The notes beneath the pieces were generated by a model. It saw only the letters and a program-made list of their open reading frames with translations, had not been told where the DNA came from and did not search any database. Source: Escherichia phage EcS1. Taken from it: DNA of 64,000 nt. The DNA lies in sequence record NC_055721.1; one strand, written 5' to 3'. Below, piece by piece: positions 26,050 through 36,330 of this stretch (within the stretch, counting starts at the first letter, position 1; each line of letters begins with the position of its first letter). The position numbers and the translations under genes were made by a program.

Positions 26050-28761
26050 TTAGAAATCAAACATATCAAACAATGTTGCTTTCTTCTCGTAGTCAATCTT
26101 AGCAGCATCAGTGAATGATGTCAGAGGTTTAGTGAATGTCTTCGCGAACAGAGCTGGGAAGTCAATCCACTTCAGAACTTCAGAACGAATCTCTGGTGTG
26201 ATGTCTGAACCTGATGGCCAACTGATGCATGTATCACCAAATGGGTTCTGTTCTTTAAGTGGAAGAACCATAACCTTTTCACCTTCAGTAATAGAAGGAA
26301 CGTTAGGCATACCTTTGGTTGCACGGTTATAAGTCAAAATGCCACGAATATGATACGGACATTTAGGACCAGGATAACCTTGGTTGTCATACTTCATGAT
26401 GTTGTTCGCACTTGACACTGCAGCGATCGTTTTATAGTTTTGCTGACGGAATTCGTGTTCGAATTCTTTAAAGTAAGTTTGTAACGATTCTTCACCTTCT
26501 TGAAGCATACGTCTGATACATTCTTTCAATGCTTTCTGACATGCTTTAGGAGTACTTGATTTCTGAGTTTCTAGACCCATGATTTTGAGTTTAGGTTCAG
26601 CGTATCGGGTCCCTTCCATGTCCCACACATTCAGTGCATATCGTTTCTTAGCAGTCCAGAAACCGCCAATACCTTTAGAACCAAGTGGTGGTCCTGAAAT
26701 AGCTTCACGGTCCATGAACATCAAATGTTCTTTGTTGTTCATGTATTCACACATTTCACGGAAACCTTTATCAATAGCTGGTTCGAGTTTATCTTTACCA
26801 AACTTATCTAGGAAGTCTACTAAATGGTTCGTATCACGGAAACGATCTTCACCTACTTTTTCTACTAACTTATCAACACAAATATAAACTGAGTCAGTGT
26901 CACCAGCGATAACATAACTATGACCTTCAGTTCCTACAACCGAGTTCATATATTCGTTAATCTTACGTTCAATCCATTGGATTGCCATTTGACCAAACAA
27001 TGTGATTGCAGATGCATTACGCAAGTCGTAATAACGGAACCATACGTTACCAAGTGCACCATAAAGTGAGTTGATAAGTAACTTACGGTTAATCTGTGCT
27101 GTGTTACCTGCGATAGAAGCACGGTCGCATTTATCAAGCAAGGCTTGTAATGATTCTTTGGTCAGACAACCTAGAAGTTCTTTCATTTCATCAGTGAAGT
27201 CTTTATTGTATGTGAATTCTTCGATACAATCTTCATTACCAAACGAAGTATGTTGTAACTTCTCTTTAACAAGTTCCATGTTACGCTGAGCGCCAAGCAT
27301 ATAACCTTTATGCTCTTTACGTTGTAAGAACACCTTAGTGATTTCTTCTGGGATAACACCTTGGTAAGTCTTGTCATACATCCAGCCATTAGGAGAACAT
27401 GAATATTCATCCGAAGGACGTGGTGCAGTCTTATTGATGTAATCATGAATAGGATGTAATTGGAACTGTCCAGCCAATGTTTCTGGGCTGATATTAACTT
27501 GACGAATGATACTTGGGTACAGAGATGTTAAGTCACAAGACATAATGTACTTGTAGCTATTCGGAACAGGTTCTTTTACGTACGCACCTGGATAGCTTTG
27601 CTTAACATGTGAACGACATTGTGGAATAACTTTCTTCTTGGTCTTCAATGAGTTGAAAATGATTGCGTCCCATGTTTTAATAGGACTAAACACAGATTGA
27701 ATCTGCATCTTAGCATAATAACCCATTGACAAGCTCAAGTTAATGAACTGTCGTTTCTGGTCAATTCGTTGCACACGTTCAACGTCAATAATGTTATAAG
27801 AAATATATCGTTGATGGTTTGTTTCACGCAACTTATTAATTGGACCATCATAAGCCAGCTTACCTTCACCTAATTCATATTCTGCTACATAGTCAAGTGA
27901 ATATGAAGGTTGGTTTGTGAAACTGAATTTCTTATAGAGTTCGATGTAATCTAGATGGCTGATACCATAAATCTGAATTACTTCACGTTCACCATACATG
28001 TTCTGGATAATTTTAGACTTAGTACGTCGATGTGGAGATAACCGATTCGCAGTCTTTTCACCAAACACATTTTTAATGCGGTTATAGATGTAAGGGATAT
28101 CAAATGATTCGGTGTTCCAACCAGTGAAAACAACTGGAGTCTTTTCAGTCCAGAGGTTCAGATATTGAAGTAGAAGTTCTTGTTCATCTTCACATGGGAT
28201 GTAAACAACCTTATCAAGAATTCGTTGTGGAACTGCATCGCCACCTTCGCTTTCAGGAAGACCAGCTCGTTTAATGTCCCAACGAGTTACGTTGCCATAA
28301 GGAGAATTCAACAGGTCGAACACATAGTAACGGTCGTCAATTGAGTCATAGTGTGTAATAGCATCAATTGGATAGTTCGCCTGGGATGGATCAGGGAACT
28401 CAGGAGCAGTTACTTCGATGTCACAGTTAGCAACACGAATCAAACGATCGTCATAATGAATGTCTTTGCTATAAGTGTCAGACAGATAGGCTAACTTAAA
28501 GTCATCCATACCCATCGCATCTAGACCCATGTCTTCCATACGACGAATCCAGTTATTTGCATCACGCATATTAGGGAACGTTTTCTTAACACAGCCCTTA
28601 CCATAGATATCAAGATATTTTGTAGCTTGCCCTTGTGGACCATGCATGAACAGATTAGGTTCATATTTCACTTCACGAGAACGTTCTTTACCTGAAGAGT
28701 CAATATAACGTTCGTATAATGTGTCACCAACTTGTTCGATAGTTAAATAGAATTCTTGCAT
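26050..28761 (-). CDS. 43: DNA polymerase gp43 (family B)
   Basis: 903 aa; closely matches my recollection of RB69/T4 gp43 (MKEFYLT.EQ.GD...ERYID, YGDTDS, KKRYA, SLYPSII). Confidence 0.95.
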   Translation of the reverse strand: MQEFYLTIEQVGDTLYERYIDSSGKERSREVKYEPNLFMHGPQGQATKYLDIYGKGCVKKTFPNMRDANNWIRRMEDMGLDAMGMDDFKLAYLSDTYSKDIHYDDRLIRVANCDIEVTAPEFPDPSQANYPIDAITHYDSIDDRYYVFDLLNSPYGNVTRWDIKRAGLPESEGGDAVPQRILDKVVYIPCEDEQELLLQYLNLWTEKTPVVFTGWNTESFDIPYIYNRIKNVFGEKTANRLSPHRRTKSKIIQNMYGEREVIQIYGISHLDYIELYKKFSFTNQPSYSLDYVAEYELGEGKLAYDGPINKLRETNHQRYISYNIIDVERVQRIDQKRQFINLSLSMGYYAKMQIQSVFSPIKTWDAIIFNSLKTKKKVIPQCRSHVKQSYPGAYVKEPVPNSYKYIMSCDLTSLYPSIIRQVNISPETLAGQFQLHPIHDYINKTAPRPSDEYSCSPNGWMYDKTYQGVIPEEITKVFLQRKEHKGYMLGAQRNMELVKEKLQHTSFGNEDCIEEFTYNKDFTDEMKELLGCLTKESLQALLDKCDRASIAGNTAQINRKLLINSLYGALGNVWFRYYDLRNASAITLFGQMAIQWIERKINEYMNSVVGTEGHSYVIAGDTDSVYICVDKLVEKVGEDRFRDTNHLVDFLDKFGKDKLEPAIDKGFREMCEYMNNKEHLMFMDREAISGPPLGSKGIGGFWTAKKRYALNVWDMEGTRYAEPKLKIMGLETQKSSTPKACQKALKECIRRMLQEGEESLQTYFKEFEHEFRQQNYKTIAAVSSANNIMKYDNQGYPGPKCPYHIRGILTYNRATKGMPNVPSITEGEKVMVLPLKEQNPFGDTCISWPSGSDITPEIRSEVLKWIDFPALFAKTFTKPLTSFTDAAKIDYEKKATLFDMFDF

Positions 28762-28800
28762 TGTATATCCTTTAGTTTATTGTCCGAGTTATTAGGACAT
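28762..28800 (-). promoter_or_regulatory. gp43 translational operator (RNA hairpin + Shine-Dalgarno)
   Basis: mRNA GUCC-UAAUAACUC-GGAC carries the AAUAACUC loop known from the T4 gene 43 operator, followed by AAGGA and AUG. Confidence 0.6.
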
Positions 28801-28813
28801 TATACCCCGAAAG

Positions 28814-28833
28814 GATGGGAGCGAACTCCCATC
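28814..28833 (-). other. stable RNA stem-loop with UUCG tetraloop between regA and 43
   Basis: mRNA GAUGGGAG-UUCG-CUCCCAUC; 8-bp stem; no U-run, so probably a processing/stability element rather than a terminator. Confidence 0.4.
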
Positions 28834-28836
28834 ATA

Positions 28837-29208
28837 TTATGCACCAATAGTGTATTTGGATTTCAATGTCCATTCATCTTTCTGTTTGAAAGAGATAACA
28901 CGGAAATTGTTTTGCATTGAAGCAAGAGTCTGTCCACGTCGTAGAGTTAATAGACCCCAGTCAGATAGTAATTGAGCAATTGAATCACGACGAATTTCAT
29001 CTTCGAGATCAATATTAACTTGACGTCCGTCCATCTTCAGCATTTCTTTGAAGTGGACAATATAATAATGACCTTGTTTCTGAAGGATATGACAACTCTG
29101 ATATAATACTTTATCTTTGTTGTTAGCAATACCCATACGAGTCAAGGTTTCTTTTACTTTCAGGAAGTCTTCTGGTTGTTTCAGTTCAATTTCAATCATT
29201 TTTACCAT
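28837..29208 (-). CDS. regA: translational repressor RegA
   Basis: Near-identical to my recollection of T4 RegA (KPEDFLKVKETLTRMGIANNKDKVLYQSCHILQK, NNFRVISFKQK). Confidence 0.9.
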   Translation of the reverse strand: MVKMIEIELKQPEDFLKVKETLTRMGIANNKDKVLYQSCHILQKQGHYYIVHFKEMLKMDGRQVNIDLEDEIRRDSIAQLLSDWGLLTLRRGQTLASMQNNFRVISFKQKDEWTLKSKYTIGA

Positions 29209-29780
29209 TCCAATGCTTGTTTTTTAAATTGTTTTTGTTCTTTCACGTTTTTAGTCACGGTCTTTAAGAAATCGTCAGTAACTAGTCCTTTCATTTTCTT
29301 AAGCATTTCAGGCAGATGTTCTTTAGCTTTATAAGTGTCAAGATACATCCGAGCATCATCTGCATTAATTGTATGATACTTCATCAATAATTTAATAACA
29401 AAGACTATATTGATATTATCGGTTTGAGCTTTAGCCCATTTGCTAAATCTCTTAGCTTTTGGGATTGAATTCAAATAATAGTTGTAATGAGCTTGATCAG
29501 ATAACCCACTACCTAATAGATTCATTCGATATACTGAAATCATACAATCGACATGTTGACTCAAAGAATTATCTATAAAGAACTTACTATAACTCTCTGA
29601 AGTTGCTAGGTTACGTTGGGCCTTTCCAAATGTAATATCATTCATTATTGCGAACAATTCGTTCTCAGCCTTCTCTTTGAACGAATCTGCCAACTCTTGA
29701 ATTTTAACTTGATCGCGTGATTTCCAAGCGACCTCATGTTCGTTAAGTTCAACATCATCATCAAAAAGACTTACAGCCAT
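29202..29780 (-). CDS. 62: clamp loader small subunit gp62
   Basis: 192 aa; position between regA and 44; length as T4 gp62. Confidence 0.75.
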   Translation of the reverse strand: MAVSLFDDDVELNEHEVAWKSRDQVKIQELADSFKEKAENELFAIMNDITFGKAQRNLATSESYSKFFIDNSLSQHVDCMISVYRMNLLGSGLSDQAHYNYYLNSIPKAKRFSKWAKAQTDNINIVFVIKLLMKYHTINADDARMYLDTYKAKEHLPEMLKKMKGLVTDDFLKTVTKNVKEQKQFKKQALEW

Positions 29781-30730
29781 TGTAGCTCCAATGCCAATTG
29801 AATAAAGAGATAGGTCATATGAATTTCAGCATTAGCCGCTAATCCATGATATTGGTTATTTTCGCCTATGATTTCATACATACGAACAATACTTGGGGCA
29901 GGCAATTTAGTATACAAATCATTAGCCAGTTTCTCAAGGAAGTTAGCATAATCATTGACATGTTGTGGTGCTAATGAACGAAGAGTTTTAAAGTCTTTGC
30001 CTTTCAAAGAATCTACGACATCATCAATAGGCGAACGAGTGTTCATGACTAAGCTTAAAATACCAGCATCAATTACACCTTTCTGAGAATATTGGTCTAA
30101 TTGGTTAACTACACGTCTGAAATCAGGAAAGTTTTCTTTAACTAAAGCTGCAATAACTTTAAGTTCTTGCACTTCAATATTTTCATTCTTACAAATTGCA
30201 ATTGAACGATGAATCATTTCTTTCATCATTGTGTTTTTATCTTCTGGAGTTGCTTCACCAAAAGTAATGACACGGCAACGAGATTGAAGTGGTCCAATGA
30301 TTCCATCAATGCTATTCGCTGTAATAACTACCGAACAGTTTGAAGAATACGCATCAATAAATGAACGCATATAACGTTGGGATTCTGCTACGCCATTTGA
30401 ATCGTATTCATCGATAACAATTACTTTACGTTTGCCACTAATTGTTACAGATGATGCAAAACGAGTCAATTCATTACGAACAAAGTCAATACGACAATCA
30501 GAACCTTTAACAAAAAACATATCTGAATCAGTATCAGCACATAATGCTTTAGCTACAGTTGTTTTACCTGTGCCTGGAGAAGATGATACAAGAATCAAAT
30601 TAGGGACAAGACCTTTGTTCACAATACCTTGGAACATTTCTTTGTCATGCGCTGGTAGAATACATTCTGAAAGAGTTCCTGGACGATATTTAAGTTCCCA
30701 CATAAATTCAGAATTATTGACTGTCAACAT
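29771..30730 (-). CDS. 44: clamp loader ATPase gp44 (AAA+)
   Basis: 319 aa (same as T4 gp44); Walker A SSSPGTGKTT, Walker B VIVIDEYD. Confidence 0.9.
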   Translation of the reverse strand: MLTVNNSEFMWELKYRPGTLSECILPAHDKEMFQGIVNKGLVPNLILVSSSPGTGKTTVAKALCADTDSDMFFVKGSDCRIDFVRNELTRFASSVTISGKRKVIVIDEYDSNGVAESQRYMRSFIDAYSSNCSVVITANSIDGIIGPLQSRCRVITFGEATPEDKNTMMKEMIHRSIAICKNENIEVQELKVIAALVKENFPDFRRVVNQLDQYSQKGVIDAGILSLVMNTRSPIDDVVDSLKGKDFKTLRSLAPQHVNDYANFLEKLANDLYTKLPAPSIVRMYEIIGENNQYHGLAANAEIHMTYLFIQLALELQWL

Positions 30731-30787
30731 TATTATTTTCCTCAGTTAGTTAAAATTATTACTCCATGGGGAACAAGTCCCCATATC

Positions 30788-31477
30788 TTAGAAGCCGTGT
30801 GTAGATGTTGCTTCCATTGCGATAACGTAAGAAGACTGACCACCTTCAAACTTACATGCAAACTTCTTATCTTGAGCCCATAACATAACTTTATAATCGG
30901 CTGGAATCATTTTCATGTTCGACATATTGATAACGAAGTTGAAATCAGTAGTGCCATCATATTCACCTACTTGCAGAGAATAAAGCACATTAGTCAAAGA
31001 TGAATCAGAAACACCGTTATAACCACGGATTTCAATATTACCATCTTTATTAGTGATAGCAAGTGTGTCAATTTGTAGACCACGTGAAACACGCATCAAC
31101 TGTTGAAGGTCTTCACCTTTAAGTTCGAAGATGACCTTAGCCATCGGGAATGGAATAGGTTTATTTGGGAACGCGATTGTACTTGCATCAGCGATTGGCC
31201 AATGAATTGTTGAACGTTGGTCTTTAATAACCAAAGTGGTTTGATCATTAGAGATACTGATGTTAGCATCTTCACCAACTAGACCAAGAATACTTAAAAA
31301 GCCTGGCAAATCATAAATTGCTGCTTCGATATCAATTTCATCAGAGATAGTTGAGTCACCATAAATTGTACCTGTTACAGAACGAGTCATGATGAATTTA
31401 CCTTTCTTCAACATAATACCAGAGTTAATAGAGGAAAAGTTTTTCAGAATATTCAGTGTGTCTTTAGAAAGTTTCAT
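30788..31477 (-). CDS. 45: sliding clamp gp45
   Basis: 229 aa; MKLSKDTLNILKNFSSINSGI matches my recollection of T4 gp45. Confidence 0.9.
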   Translation of the reverse strand: MKLSKDTLNILKNFSSINSGIMLKKGKFIMTRSVTGTIYGDSTISDEIDIEAAIYDLPGFLSILGLVGEDANISISNDQTTLVIKDQRSTIHWPIADASTIAFPNKPIPFPMAKVIFELKGEDLQQLMRVSRGLQIDTLAITNKDGNIEIRGYNGVSDSSLTNVLYSLQVGEYDGTTDFNFVINMSNMKMIPADYKVMLWAQDKKFACKFEGGQSSYVIAMEATSTHGF

Positions 31478-31522
31478 TTCAATACCTTATTAAGAAGAAA
31501 TATAATTATACAATAATAATCA

Positions 31523-31909
31523 TTAAGCCATTTCAGCAATGACTTCGTCCACAACGATCTCTGCTGCTCGGACCAATTGGTCATCAGCATCAACGCAATA
31601 ATCATCTTCAAGACGATCAGAACCAGAAGCAGACTGAATTACTTTAGCACCAGCTTTAATTGAATCATTATAATGAGCACGCATGATTTCAATCCATTTT
31701 TCATTCACTGCATCATCGATACCTGCATAGTAGGCCCAACGAACTTCAGGTTGTTTCAATTTAGCTTTGATACGTTCTTGAAGTTCTACAGGCATTTGTA
31801 GGACCCATGCACGACGAATTTTATTATCATTATTCGGGTTCGAATCAGTACGTACGTTTTTAGGAGCGATATCTTTAGCAGTAATACCAGTAGCAGTCAT
31901 ATAAGTCAT
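31523..31909 (-). CDS. rpbA: RNA polymerase-binding protein RpbA (by position)
   Basis: 128 aa between 46 and 45, length as T4 RpbA. Confidence 0.5.
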   Translation of the reverse strand: MTYMTATGITAKDIAPKNVRTDSNPNNDNKIRRAWVLQMPVELQERIKAKLKQPEVRWAYYAGIDDAVNEKWIEIMRAHYNDSIKAGAKVIQSASGSDRLEDDYCVDADDQLVRAAEIVVDEVIAEMA

Positions 31910-31918
31910 AATTTTCTC

Positions 31919-32113
31919 TCAATCAAATATTTCTTCAAGGAACCAGGCGACAGATCGTCCGGAATATATTTTTTGTAACTCAGAAGGATTATCTTTAAAT
32001 CCTTCCTTTAACATCGTATCAGTTACCATTATTTCGGTATCTGAAAATAAGCTAACTAATTTATAGCGCCTTATTTCAGGCGCACATAAAAGGTGTTGGT
32101 TTTGAAGTATCAT
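31919..32113 (-). CDS. hypothetical protein (45.2 position)
   Basis: 64-aa ORF. Confidence 0.4.
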   Translation of the reverse strand: MILQNQHLLCAPEIRRYKLVSLFSDTEIMVTDTMLKEGFKDNPSELQKIYSGRSVAWFLEEIFD

Positions 32114-33792
32114 TGCATTACCGTAAAGCGACCTACCTTCAACATTTGAAGATGTTGGCCATAAGCTTGTGGGTCATGGTCTCGATGACTTATTATAAAC
32201 ACGTTTGTGTTCTGCAAACTATTCAAAATAGTCGATATTGATTTAACACCATCAACATCAGTAGCAGAATCGAATACTTCATCCAAAATCAGAGTGGATA
32301 TATTAACACCAGAAACACGAGAAGCAATATCACGCCATGTAAACAAAAGAGCGATATCAATACGTGCCTTTTCACCTTGACTAAATGAAGCATAACTAAA
32401 GTCTTCACGGCCACGAGATTTAATAGTTTCATTAAACTCTTCGTCCAATGTGAACGAGTAATCGGCTTCCATAATTTTCAAATACATATTAATCTGTTTA
32501 TTAAACAGTGGAATGTACTTTTTAATAATGGCACCTTTAATTCCAGAATCTTTCAACATCTCGGTTATGATACCACGATGATATTTTTCCATTACTAAAG
32601 ATGTTTTAGACTTAACTATTTTATCAAGTTCTGTTTGAAGCTTAGCAATCTCATCAGCATGGTCAATGAACTCGGCTGCTGTTTGGTCAATAAGAGCTTT
32701 AACTTTCTTAGCTTTATCGACAGCAGTCAGAACAATACTCTTCTGACCTTGGATGTTGTTTTTAATATCAACTGCTTTACCACGTTGAAGATGATATTCG
32801 TCTTGAATAGCTTTCAAGTCACGTCTTTGTTGTTGTATTGTATCAATATTTTTTTGAAGCTCTTTGTTCTTATCTTTAATCTGAGAAACAACATTACCAT
32901 GAGCTTCAAGATGTTGCATACATGTAGGACAATCACCGCCAGCTTCGTACAAACCGATAACCTTAGTAAAGGTTCTGAGTTCATTTTGAAGTGTGTATGT
33001 TTTGCCATCCAGCTTATCTAGGGAGTCGCTAGGGTCATCACCAATGACTACCTCAAGTAAATCATCAGTTAACTTTTCTATGTTCGCCTTGGCAGTCCTG
33101 GCTTCACTTAATAGTTCATCATACATATTCTGAAGACGAGCAACATTATCACCAGACAATTTCTTCTGACGTTCGACGTTGTCTTGATAAATCTTAACTT
33201 GTTGAACAACTCCATCATGACGTGTGTCAAGAACGTTCACTTGACTATTCACTTCACGAATCATTGTTTTGTTCAGTTTGTCCATATCAGCCAGCATAGA
33301 CACTTCGAGCAAATCTTCAACGAGTTTGCGTCGAGCGGGTGTCGATAAGCCCATGAACGGAGTATATCCCGCCGTTCCAAGTACGACAATCTGCTTAAAT
33401 GATGAATATGACATTCCAATGAGCTTTTCGAATTGGTCTTGGAAGTCTCGTACACTTGCGGACTCGTCAAGTTTTGCACCATCACGCTCAATTTCAAAGA
33501 CATTAGGTTTTTGTCCACGTTTGATATAAAACTGATGTCCGTCAAATTCCATCCAAAGTTCGACTAACATATCTTTCTTATTAGAACTGTTTACTAATTG
33601 TCCTTTCTTAATATCACGGAAAGGTTTGCCAAATAAAGCAAATGTGATTGCTTCAAGCATTGTACTCTTACCACCACCGTTCTTGCCAGTGATAAGAGTC
33701 TTTTGGACTTTGTCAAGTTCAATCTCAATAGTCTGTTGACCTACCGACATAATATTCTTGTACTTGACTTTTTTGAGTTTAAAAGTCTTCAT
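32110..33792 (-). CDS. 46: recombination nuclease subunit gp46 (SbcC/Rad50-like)
   Basis: 560 aa (as T4 gp46); Walker A GKNGGGKST, long coiled-coil middle, signature/Walker B LILDEVFD near C-terminus. Confidence 0.9.
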   Translation of the reverse strand: MKTFKLKKVKYKNIMSVGQQTIEIELDKVQKTLITGKNGGGKSTMLEAITFALFGKPFRDIKKGQLVNSSNKKDMLVELWMEFDGHQFYIKRGQKPNVFEIERDGAKLDESASVRDFQDQFEKLIGMSYSSFKQIVVLGTAGYTPFMGLSTPARRKLVEDLLEVSMLADMDKLNKTMIREVNSQVNVLDTRHDGVVQQVKIYQDNVERQKKLSGDNVARLQNMYDELLSEARTAKANIEKLTDDLLEVVIGDDPSDSLDKLDGKTYTLQNELRTFTKVIGLYEAGGDCPTCMQHLEAHGNVVSQIKDKNKELQKNIDTIQQQRRDLKAIQDEYHLQRGKAVDIKNNIQGQKSIVLTAVDKAKKVKALIDQTAAEFIDHADEIAKLQTELDKIVKSKTSLVMEKYHRGIITEMLKDSGIKGAIIKKYIPLFNKQINMYLKIMEADYSFTLDEEFNETIKSRGREDFSYASFSQGEKARIDIALLFTWRDIASRVSGVNISTLILDEVFDSATDVDGVKSISTILNSLQNTNVFIISHRDHDPQAYGQHLQMLKVGRFTVMQ

Positions 33793-34004
33793 GTATTGTT
33801 CTCACGAATATATTGTTCAGACCATTTTATCATATCTTCAGTATGCCCAAAACCCGCATTAAGACTGTCCATCCATACAATGCCTGGAGCGTATTCAGAA
33901 GTTACGTATAATGTTCCATTGAACCAAGTTCCTTCTTCAGTCCATTCAATATTACCAATATAGCCATCACCTAATCTGAATTCATGATAATAAGTTTTCA
34001 TCAT
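33789..34004 (-). CDS. hypothetical protein (46.1 position)
   Basis: 71-aa ORF with start/stop overlaps on both sides. Confidence 0.4.
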   Translation of the reverse strand: MMKTYYHEFRLGDGYIGNIEWTEEGTWFNGTLYVTSEYAPGIVWMDSLNAGFGHTEDMIKWSEQYIRENNT

Positions 34005-35026
34005 TGGTTCTGTACCTCAACATAAAGTTGCTTAGATAATGCTTTCAAAGATTTAATATCTTCTTTAGATGCATCAGGCAGAGCTTCAATATATTCTTCC
34101 ATTAGTTCAAACAAACTCTTGACTTCGATTTCTTCATCGTCATCTGATTCGACAGAGTTATCAACCTTTGAAACAACACGTAATGAATGAACTACTTTTT
34201 CAAGTTCTGATTCGAACTTAGTAAGCTCTTTATCGACTTTTTCAACGATAACACGAACTGCAAGATTTTTAAAGTCTTCGAAGTTTATTGTGTCGTTTGG
34301 ATAGAAGATTTTTCTGTGCCAAGTAGTTTCATTGGGAATGAAATCCATGGAGCCCTTGGTTGTATCTTGAACCCAGAAACCTCGAGGGTCGTTTTCGTCA
34401 CCTGCTGTAAGGGTCCAAGGAGTACCGATATATTTGACGTTAGAAGCTTCACTGATAGTGTGGAAATGACCGGACCACACTTGTTTGTATTTTTTGAGGA
34501 AGTCTGGTTCGAGCCCATGAGATTTCATTCCTTTATAGAAGTAAAAGCCATTCAGCTCCCAGTGACCAATACAATATTCAGCAGAAGATGTACGAATATG
34601 CTCTAAGATTTCGGTTGTGTTTTCATCGCACATCCATGGAATCAAGTCAATCAGCGTACCGTCGAATTCCATTGTCATTGGTTTTTCAACAACAGTGATG
34701 TTTTTATACTTACCAAGAACTTCTGTTGCAGCATTAGGCGTCAACGTGTTCTTATAATGCATGTCGTGGTTTCCGACAATAGTAATTAAATGAATATCTG
34801 CTTCATCTAATCTTTCAGCAATTTCACGAGCGAATTCCATACACTTATGAGTAATAGCTTTTCGGACATCAAATATATCACCATATTGGATAATAGTTTT
34901 AATGTTGTGTTTCTTTGCGTAATCGATATGGTCTTGAATACCTTTACGCTGAATTTCTTGGACCCATGGGTCATCTGCCTTTACACCTAAGTGCCAATCA
35001 CCAGAATGTATAATTTTCATGTTCAC
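34001..35026 (-). CDS. 47: recombination nuclease subunit gp47 (SbcD/Mre11-like)
   Basis: 341 aa; calcineurin-like phosphoesterase motifs (HSGDWHLG, GNHD, GHWE/GHFH). Confidence 0.9.
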   Translation of the reverse strand: MNMKIIHSGDWHLGVKADDPWVQEIQRKGIQDHIDYAKKHNIKTIIQYGDIFDVRKAITHKCMEFAREIAERLDEADIHLITIVGNHDMHYKNTLTPNAATEVLGKYKNITVVEKPMTMEFDGTLIDLIPWMCDENTTEILEHIRTSSAEYCIGHWELNGFYFYKGMKSHGLEPDFLKKYKQVWSGHFHTISEASNVKYIGTPWTLTAGDENDPRGFWVQDTTKGSMDFIPNETTWHRKIFYPNDTINFEDFKNLAVRVIVEKVDKELTKFESELEKVVHSLRVVSKVDNSVESDDDEEIEVKSLFELMEEYIEALPDASKEDIKSLKALSKQLYVEVQNQ

Positions 35027-35062
35027 CTCTTAGTTGGTTCATTATATCTAACGCCCTAGATA

Positions 35063-35085
35063 GCAAAAAAGGGCCGAAGCCCTTA
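35063..35085 (-). terminator. rho-independent terminator
   Basis: A-run then aagggc-cgaa-gccctt hairpin upstream of gene 47. Confidence 0.55.
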
Positions 35086-35376
35086 AATTGGTTTAGTCAA
35101 TACCCAGCCATTTGCTTCTGCTTCTTTACGAAGAGCTTCAAATTTTCTGAGCATATGTTCTTTAGACTTTCTAATTTGTTCGAAATCTGGTACTTTAGCC
35201 TTAGCAGCTGTTTCGCAGACATAGCATCTCATTGAAAGTTTAGGACCAGTATATTGAGTAGAGCAAGTCATACACTTACCCATATACCACCCATCAGGCC
35301 AATCATTCACACTACGCCATTCGTTAGAGATCAGGTCTTTCATCGAAAAAATCCACGTCTTCGGCTGATTTAACAA
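35083..35376 (-). CDS. zinc-ribbon protein
   Basis: CMTCSTQY...CYVCE; likely start MKDLISNEW. Confidence 0.4.
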   Translation of the reverse strand: MLNQPKTWIFSMKDLISNEWRSVNDWPDGWYMGKCMTCSTQYTGPKLSMRCYVCETAAKAKVPDFEQIRKSKEHMLRKFEALRKEAEANGWVLTKPI

Positions 35377-35509
35377 TGATTTCAGTAATCACACGTTTTC
35401 CTTTTTCTGTACGATGATAATTCTCGGCAGCCTTTTTCAAGGCCTCTTTAGAATAGACAATACCATCACGATTAATAAAATCTGATTTAGCAATTACCAC
35501 TTGTACCAT
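35324..35509 (-). CDS. hypothetical protein
   Basis: 61-aa ORF in the interval where T4 has alpha-glucosyltransferase. Confidence 0.35.
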   Translation of the reverse strand: MVQVVIAKSDFINRDGIVYSKEALKKAAENYHRTEKGKRVITEIIVKSAEDVDFFDERPDL

Positions 35510-35691
35510 GGTTTCACCTGTACATCATCAACCCAAACAACTTCTTTAGGATTAGCTTTAATGATCGTACCTTCAGTGCCTAGAACGCGGTAGTGTGTCT
35601 CGGAGAGCTTCACTGCCATAACACCATTAGATACAGATAGAGTGAACCCTGCGTTCACCTGGAGTCGTTTAAACTTTGCTTGAATGAGCAT
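35494..35691 (-). CDS. hypothetical protein
   Basis: 65-aa ORF. Confidence 0.35.
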   Translation of the reverse strand: MLIQAKFKRLQVNAGFTLSVSNGVMAVKLSETHYRVLGTEGTIIKANPKEVVWVDDVQVKPWYKW

Positions 35692-36022
35692 TGATGATGT
35701 CCCAAATCTGTTTACGAGTTGTCTGCCAGCCTACAGTAATGATTTCATCATTAAATGGCTGACGTAAGATAGTACGAGATTTTTCAATAGCGTACTTATA
35801 TGCAGCAAAATTATTTTCCAGAACAGCAGCCTGAGCATGGAGGTTCAGACGGTCAAGTTCACGTTTGTTCTTACGATAAATCTTTTGAGCTTTAGCATTA
35901 GCTTCTACGCGAGCAGCTTCTTGCATACGAGCAATTTCTTCTTGATATTCATTTTCGCTATGTTCAAGTTCTTCACGAAATGCTTCACCTGGTGCTAGGT
36001 CATTCTGATATTCTGGAGTCAT
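35669..36022 (-). CDS. hypothetical protein
   Basis: 117-aa ORF, helical/charged. Confidence 0.4.
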   Translation of the reverse strand: MTPEYQNDLAPGEAFREELEHSENEYQEEIARMQEAARVEANAKAQKIYRKNKRELDRLNLHAQAAVLENNFAAYKYAIEKSRTILRQPFNDEIITVGWQTTRKQIWDIINAHSSKV

Positions 36023-36024
36023 AA

Positions 36025-36330
36025 TTATTCCGGTTTATAATTTAATTCAACGAAGAAACCTTCGTCATTAACTTGGTACTCGTAAGAAAGGACTCCCGAT
36101 TCGGTCGTTATTTCTTCTATACCAGGATTCTTGGGGTCAATAATAATAGGTAACTTTTCGATATCCCTTAGATACATTTTAAGTAAATAAGGAATAACGT
36201 TTTGGTCACCTACTTCTTCTAGGAACCCATTGAGGTTAAGCTTGAGCCTCATATAAAAAATCCAATGCATTATCATCTTCAAGATCAAGTGCTTTATCTG
36301 ACCCTGGCACTTTAACAAGAGATGATTCAT
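36025..36330 (-). CDS. hypothetical protein
   Basis: 101-aa ORF directly downstream of gene 55 (overlapping its 3' end). Confidence 0.35.
   Translation of the reverse strand: MNHLLLKCQGQIKHLILKMIMHWIFYMRLKLNLNGFLEEVGDQNVIPYLLKMYLRDIEKLPIIIDPKNPGIEEITTESGVLSYEYQVNDEGFFVELNYKPE

Noticed and set aside
30766-30784. Hairpin atgggga-acaag-tccccat between genes 45 and 44
   Set aside because: Short intergenic stem without a U-tract; could be a RegA/translation-related structure but I cannot support a specific call.
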